Shown: in pieces, positions 45,529 through 50,778 of the stretch
Position numbering within the stretch: the first letter of the stretch is position 1
Layout of the letters: every line of letters starts with the position of its first letter
IMG/VR virus record: IMGVR_UViG_3300036806_000033
Location: 1 to 50,778 of that record
Strand: one strand, 5' to 3'
Length of the DNA stretch: 50,778 nucleotides
DNA from: a virus
Taxonomy: Duplodnaviria; Caudoviricetes
Translations under genes and position numbers: made by a program
The notes under the pieces: model-generated
What the model saw: only the letters and a program-made list of their open reading frames with translations
The model's database searches: none
What the model was told of the DNA's origin: nothing

Positions 45529-46667
45529 TAACGAACCCTTCTTGCTCTAAGTATTCCATAAGCACTTAAGGTACTTGCACTAAATGTACCTTGAACAACA
45601 AGATTAATTGTTTGAGAGCCTGACGAAGAAAATCGAAGGGGTCCTATTAATTGATTAACATTTGCTGTCGTAGCAGTATTTGTATTGTTAAGAGTACTTT
45701 GAATTACAATATTAGTTCTACCATTCGTTTGATCAAATGTTACAGATGTCGTAGACAATCCTGTAATAGTGCAAGACAATGCTGTAGAAGATGTCCCAAC
45801 AAAAGTTACATTACCAGCAACTTCCCAATCACCTGCTCCTAAAGTAAGACTTGTTAAATTTTTAGCATTAGAGTTTAAAGTAGCTCCGCTAGTTAAAGAT
45901 GTTGCTGAACCTAAAGCAATAACACTTTCTTGGTATTCTTGAACATTACCGGCAGCAGCATTACTACCATTAGTAACTCCAGTTAACGTCGGAGTAGTTA
46001 ACGTCGCGGTAATAAGAGTTGGACTAGTAGCAAGAACAACAGCACCAGTGCCGGTGACTGTAGAAGAAGTAACGCCTCCAAATTTGATAACATTTCCAGT
46101 ACCTGCTGTATCTAGAGTTTTATTAGTTAATGTATCTGTAGTAGCTTTGCCAACAAGAGTATCGGTAGCGGCAGGAAGAGTGAGGCTACCAGAAGCAACA
46201 ACAGTAGCTTGAACGGTTGTGGTTCCACTAGTAGATCCTTTAAAATTTATTAAACCATTATTACCAGCATTAGCTCCTACCGTAATAGGAGCAGCATTAG
46301 TAAAAGTGTTAGTACCTGAGAAAGTATTATTACCAGAGAATATTTCATTCCCTGAGTATGTATTGTTTCCATTAAGAAAACCTACGACTGCCCCCGAGGT
46401 ACCTGTTGGAGGGACAGAAGAAATTATAGTAGACGTAGTAACATCTTGTAATCTAGCTGGAGATGTGGCTGATCCAGGAGAAGGTAAATTATAAATCTGG
46501 TTACTATTCATATCCAGATTATTCATCATCTGATTAGGAGTAGTACCATCACGAGATAGAGTATTATCAAAACTAGAAACAATTGTATCAGAATTAGCGT
46601 TGACTTCAGAGACGGCTGTGTTTTCATTCTGAAGATTCGCTAATTGTGTTAAAACAATCTTAGTCAT
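45528..46667 (-). CDS. Tail fibre protein
   Basis: Anchor NTLSRDGTTPN..LDMNSN; LTLPAATDTLVG...TDTLTNKT fibre repeats; C-terminal L.AGDW.V.G...ARRVR. Confidence 0.85.
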   Translation of the reverse strand: MTKIVLTQLANLQNENTAVSEVNANSDTIVSSFDNTLSRDGTTPNQMMNNLDMNSNQIYNLPSPGSATSPARLQDVTTSTIISSVPPTGTSGAVVGFLNGNNTYSGNEIFSGNNTFSGTNTFTNAAPITVGANAGNNGLINFKGSTSGTTTVQATVVASGSLTLPAATDTLVGKATTDTLTNKTLDTAGTGNVIKFGGVTSSTVTGTGAVVLATSPTLITATLTTPTLTGVTNGSNAAAGNVQEYQESVIALGSATSLTSGATLNSNAKNLTSLTLGAGDWEVAGNVTFVGTSSTALSCTITGLSTTSVTFDQTNGRTNIVIQSTLNNTNTATTANVNQLIGPLRFSSSGSQTINLVVQGTFSASTLSAYGILRARRVR

Positions 46668-46909
46668 TTAACTAATCCTTGACCATGTCTAAGTTCATAT
46701 AAAGTTTTTTCCATTATGTCTAAACGTTGTGTTTGTAATGCTAAATCAACTATAACTTTGTTAAGAGATTTTAATTCTAATTTAATATCAACTACATCTT
46801 CTCTAAAATTAGTTGTATCGTTCTTTAATCTCCAATATAGCCCCGTTAATGTAAATACTGTTGTTGCCATAATTAGAAGAGAACCAATGTTAATAGTCCA
46901 TTCAAACAT
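46664..46909 (-). CDS. TM plus coiled-coil small protein (holin-like candidate)
   Basis: N-terminal hydrophobic helix then heptads; AAGGA RBS. Confidence 0.6.
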   Translation of the reverse strand: MFEWTINIGSLLIMATTVFTLTGLYWRLKNDTTNFREDVVDIKLELKSLNKVIVDLALQTQRLDIMEKTLYELRHGQGLVK

Positions 46910-46927
46910 TTATTTTCCTTAATAGTA

Positions 46928-46944
46928 GGGGGCTTGCGCCCCCC
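46928..46944 (-). terminator. Hairpin / weak terminator after the capsid genes
   Basis: GGGGGC-GCAA-GCCCCC on the minus strand with an imperfect U-tract. Confidence 0.65.
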
Positions 46945-46949
46945 ACATA

Positions 46950-47492
46950 TTATTGGGTAGTCACAGTACCAGAGCGATACCGAATACGAACCTTGATAAG
47001 ACCCGTTGTAAAGGTCGAACCAGTGATCTTAGCGGTAAAGTAGCTCGGAGCATTACTAGTTGTAGTAGTAGTGCCTAGAACTGAACCAGCCTTAGCAACG
47101 CCAGGGAAATAAGTAAGCTTATTGCCCAAGACAGACCAAACGCCAGTCACTTCAGCTGCGATAATAGCAGCATCTGTGGCATCGGCACTATCTCGTGTTG
47201 AAGACTTAACGAGTCCAACAGAGAAGGTAGTACCAGTAGCGCCAGCAATCTGAACGTCAATATCGGCAGATTCAACCCACACGTTTAAAGGCATGTAGAC
47301 TTGTTCGTCGATAATCTGTGCAGTTGTAGTGAGTTTAGTCAAATCTAGCATAAACTCGATTTCACGAGTTTCACTAGGATTCCTATATTCACCGCCTGTA
47401 GCAGGAACAGTTTTATCCGTTCCATAACGTCGGAAGAGACCATCGTTATCGAAATAGTTCTGAGTACCCGTCAGAGATGTAAGTACAGTCAT
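46950..47492 (-). CDS. Virion structural protein (capsid decoration / minor capsid)
   Basis: Directly after the major capsid gene; DGL...YG N-terminus; beta-rich. Confidence 0.75.
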   Translation of the reverse strand: MTVLTSLTGTQNYFDNDGLFRRYGTDKTVPATGGEYRNPSETREIEFMLDLTKLTTTAQIIDEQVYMPLNVWVESADIDVQIAGATGTTFSVGLVKSSTRDSADATDAAIIAAEVTGVWSVLGNKLTYFPGVAKAGSVLGTTTTTSNAPSYFTAKITGSTFTTGLIKVRIRYRSGTVTTQ

Positions 47493-47504
47493 AGAGTTCT
47501 CCTA

Positions 47505-48464
47505 TTAGGTGACGATGGTGGTATCGGTCATAATCTGAATATAATTCTCAGGACGATACAGCTTATAACCGTATTCGGTAATCGTCATATACTCCTCTTG
47601 CTGGAGATCTTTGTTGAACTCCGAGTAGACGGTAGGCATTTGACGGAAGCAACCGACGAAGGGCATAATGTCCCCGGCGGCAGCTGAGAAGAATTGATTA
47701 GCGACACCATTGGTGAGCACCACGCTGTTTACCGTTTCCGATATACCACGTGGCAGATAGTTAGAGACATAGACGTCAAACCCGTAAATATTGTACATAA
47801 ACTGGAAGCCAGTCATTGCACTGTTATTCACAATTGGCTGCCAACGTTGGTTGGGAGTCAAAAGGTTAACGAGGTTAGTCTGTGTCTGTAGTGTGTAGGC
47901 AACGGAAGGATCGACTACGCAACAGAGATTACGAAGAGGAACGTTAGCACGTTGAAGTGCAAACTGCGCCTTAGCGAAATCCTGTAGAGCAATAGAGTTA
48001 CTTGTACCTGAGCCAACAAAGCGGTGATTACCACCGTTGATAGCATTCAAATTCGAAGCAGTCTGTCCAGCATTACCACGGCTGAGAATACGAGCCTCGA
48101 TACGCTCCATGAGGGCACGGTGCTGTCGTGGAACGAAAGCAGCCATGACTTCCTGGGAGTACCAAGAATCACGCTTAAACTTAGCAGAGATGGAATTTGC
48201 ACTATAGATATACTGATCAATGGTAAAGGTAAAATTACCTGTGTCCATCTTATTATACTTTATAGCATTACCTTCTGCAAAGTCCGCGGTTTCAGCTTCA
48301 CCGAGCGACGGAATATTCAGCGTAGTGCCGTCCGTAAAATCGGGAATCATGCGAACAAACTTCGTCGCATTCAGATCATCAAGCAAAAGCTCTTTAAGTT
48401 GTCGTTCCCACACGTTGGAACGAATCAAATGTTCGTTCGTAAGTGTAGTAAAACCACTAGCCAT
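47505..48464 (-). CDS. Major capsid protein
   Basis: HLIRS.VW...LKE.L.D, F.DGTTLNIPSLG, YG.KLYRPE; follows the scaffold. Confidence 0.92.
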   Translation of the reverse strand: MASGFTTLTNEHLIRSNVWERQLKELLLDDLNATKFVRMIPDFTDGTTLNIPSLGEAETADFAEGNAIKYNKMDTGNFTFTIDQYIYSANSISAKFKRDSWYSQEVMAAFVPRQHRALMERIEARILSRGNAGQTASNLNAINGGNHRFVGSGTSNSIALQDFAKAQFALQRANVPLRNLCCVVDPSVAYTLQTQTNLVNLLTPNQRWQPIVNNSAMTGFQFMYNIYGFDVYVSNYLPRGISETVNSVVLTNGVANQFFSAAAGDIMPFVGCFRQMPTVYSEFNKDLQQEEYMTITEYGYKLYRPENYIQIMTDTTIVT

Positions 48465-48489
48465 TGTTAAATTTCTTTATGTTGTTAAG

Positions 48490-49281
48490 TTATGTGAGAG
48501 AGAACGGCTTTGAGAAATCTCTGTGATAATCACCATCTTGAAAGGCATCACCTTGTTCAATGGCATCACGTTGCATCTGTAGAGCAGTTCGTGGGTTATT
48601 GTAGGTGTCTGGGTCTGTCTTCTTCATTTCTTGATAGTAAGACCAAGTACGCTTCTTCTCTCCTTGAGGCGCAAAGCGCTGTGTGGTAGTAGGAGCATGC
48701 ATGTTTACTGGTTGAACTTGCTGATCAAGACCTAAGGTTTTATACAAAACAGAAGGATGATCTTTAGCTAAGCTATTCAAGAACGTCGGAGAAACTCCCA
48801 GTTCATCTGCTTTTGCTTTTAGAACTTCTGAAAAATTACTTCCAAAACGTTCTGTCAGCTTTCCGCGCACTTCTGCGACATTCGCAGTCTGACGTTTATG
48901 AGTATCCCACTGGCTGATCTTAGTGGAAACTAGTTCGTCGATCTTGGTTGAATCAAGTGCTGGGGCTATAACCTGCGACTCTACTTTGCTCTCCGGGGTA
49001 TTTGGAATAGTGGTAGTAGTTGGGTTTTTATTAGTAAGTTGAGTAATCAACTCTTCGAGTCTTGCCCTTGTCTCGAATTCTTTCTTTAGTTCTTGTCGTT
49101 CAGCTTCCTTTTGATCTAGGCGCTTTTCGAGAAGACTGATATATGTATCTGCGTGATACTTGCTTTTGGCAAGATCTTCAGGCGTTTTGAACTTCTTGCC
49201 TTCACCGACATAATCAGGAAGGTAGTTCTTATTAGGGTCTATTACAATTTCATTATTTGGTAAAAACAGGTCGTCGGTCAT
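48490..49281 (-). CDS. Capsid scaffolding protein
   Basis: VGEGKKFK..EDLAKS...AD.YI..LE coiled coil; between portal and capsid. Confidence 0.85.
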   Translation of the reverse strand: MTDDLFLPNNEIVIDPNKNYLPDYVGEGKKFKTPEDLAKSKYHADTYISLLEKRLDQKEAERQELKKEFETRARLEELITQLTNKNPTTTTIPNTPESKVESQVIAPALDSTKIDELVSTKISQWDTHKRQTANVAEVRGKLTERFGSNFSEVLKAKADELGVSPTFLNSLAKDHPSVLYKTLGLDQQVQPVNMHAPTTTQRFAPQGEKKRTWSYYQEMKKTDPDTYNNPRTALQMQRDAIEQGDAFQDGDYHRDFSKPFSLT

Positions 49282-49534
49282 CTGTATCTCTTTGATCTAG
49301 GAGACTTTTGAATTGAGATAAACACTGTTTAAAACCGTTATAATGAGCTTGTAAGTGACTCCAGTTTGCACAATCATATACTTTAGGAGACTGTTCAGAA
49401 CGTTCTACGGCGCTTTCGAACTCGTCGCACATCGCTCTAAGTCTATCTAAGACTGATCGTGCTCTGTAGATGCTTTCCTTAAAGTCTTCTTGATCTTTAG
49501 TTTCTTTAAGATGTTGCGTCCATTTAGTCAGCAT
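49253..49534 (-). CDS. Conserved small protein after the portal
   Basis: Y...NWS.LQA..NG motif; position between portal and scaffold. Confidence 0.75.
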   Translation of the reverse strand: MLTKWTQHLKETKDQEDFKESIYRARSVLDRLRAMCDEFESAVERSEQSPKVYDCANWSHLQAHYNGFKQCLSQFKSLLDQRDTDDRRPVFTK

Positions 49535-50651
49535 TTATCCTGGTCCATTGGTCATGGGTTGCGGTTGCATTTGTTGGGCCATCTGTGGAACAGGAGACCC
49601 AGGTTGTATATCAAAATCATCACCCATGCCGGTCGGCGTACTAATCATCTTCTGCGTTTGCTCTTCCAAAGAATGAGAAAGCTGTTGCATCTCTGCTTGT
49701 TCAGCCAGAGCGATATTAGGTGTGACGATATGATAATCTTTCATATTAAAGGAAGTCTCAAACATCTGTGCGAGTTTGACTCCTGAGAAATGTGGTTGAA
49801 CTATTGGCCAGAGTTGACTGCCAGCGAGGGAGGTGAGATTCTGTACCAGTTCTGCTTGTTCTGCAAAGTGCCTTGCTGCAATAGGCTTAATACGGCCAAT
49901 ACCCGTGATATCCTCCACGGTAAGCTCCTGAAAAGTGGCCGCTTGGAGTTTATCGTTAAATACCTGGATAATCTGAACACCAGTAAGATTACGTCTAGCT
50001 AATTCAAGCATAGCGTTAAGCAAAGGCTCAACAAGTTGTATTTCAAACTGTTTTATTTTGTTTTGAAATAATCTTGCAGCTGCATTCTCAAGTCGCTGGA
50101 CTTCGTATTTTGTTTTTTCGCCAGGGCTTCTAAAACCCATGGCTTCTCGCGGAGCTCCTGCCATTTCCTCCATGAGGCGTTCAATACGGTCGAGTTCAAG
50201 GTTGGCATTGAGAGCATTAACATCTGGTGAAACAATGTCTACATCACCTTCTTCAGTAACGTAAATCTTTTCACCTGGTTGCCAAGTAAAGTCATCTACG
50301 AATCCTTTAATCTTTTGCACTGGGAAGGCTGTGAAGTCCCAGACATCCGCTTTGAGATTTTCCACATGGTCCATGCGATACTGCATTCCGATAAGATTAT
50401 CGAGAGGGCCCATACCCCAAAGATTATCCTGTTTTCGACGCCATGGAACATGGAATATAGGAGGGTAACTATAAAAAGAAGGGTTGGGACGGTTAGCGAT
50501 GAGCTTATGTCTGTCCACAACTGTAATAATTCTATTCTTTTGGAATTCATCATTTACATAATCATACCAGTCGCCATAGAAGGTAATTACTTCACAGTAG
50601 TCAGAAAGCAAGTAATTACGAAAACTAGTAAAGCCATCCATAGCATAAAGG
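49535..50651 (-). CDS. Portal protein, C-terminal part
   Basis: WR...DNLWGMGPLDNLIGMQYR.DH.EN, EEMAGAPREAMG.R.PGEKT..EVQ.L.NAA. Confidence 0.92.
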
Positions 50652-50778
50652 CGATCACGCTGTGTCCATTCTCCTTGGAATTCTCTGGCTTTGAAGCGAA
50701 GGTTTTTAAGATAGTCGAAAAGAACTTCATAGTCACCTCTAGTCTCATCTGTTGATAGACGTTCTAAATATTCTCTTA
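50652..50778. repeat. Exact 127-bp terminal overlap (copy 2)
   Basis: Identical to 1-127. Confidence 0.97.

Noticed and set aside
921-50641. Alternative genetic code (stop-codon reassignment)
   Set aside because: Core genes are full length under the standard code and end in TAA, TAG or TGA
50652-50778. Terminal direct repeat as a biological DTR
   Set aside because: It is exactly 127 bp and falls inside the portal ORF, so it is an assembly k-mer overlap

Overview
The window is a complete, circularly permuted podovirus-type phage genome of 50,651 unique bp. Bases 50652-50778 repeat bases 1-127 exactly, which is an assembler overlap that splits the portal gene. It has two arms. A plus-strand early/replication arm (about 10.8-31.8 kb) carries small early genes, degenerate GATase-II-like and GGCT-like genes, a T7 gp4-like primase-helicase, family A DNA polymerase, SSB, a PD-(D/E)XK exonuclease, a T7 endonuclease I-like resolvase and a PTH2-type peptidyl-tRNA hydrolase. 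A minus-strand late arm runs from 9.7 kb through the origin down to 31.9 kb and carries decoration and fibre proteins, terminase, portal, scaffold, capsid, lysin, tail tubular proteins and internal virion proteins. The arms converge on a strong hairpin terminator. No RNA polymerase or integrase is recognisable. The layout resembles SIO1/cobavirus-like (Zobellviridae-like) phages, and an alphaproteobacterial host is inferred but not proven. The most striking feature is a roughly 2 kb stretch without credible genes (26131-28105) in the replication arm. It is packed with nested helices, long-range closing stems, pseudoknot candidates and two non-canonical tRNA-like modules, one of them circularly permuted (YrlA-like). 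It is a candidate novel cluster of large ornate ncRNAs and lies close to the pth2 gene. All assignments were made by eye; no database searches or folding programs were run.
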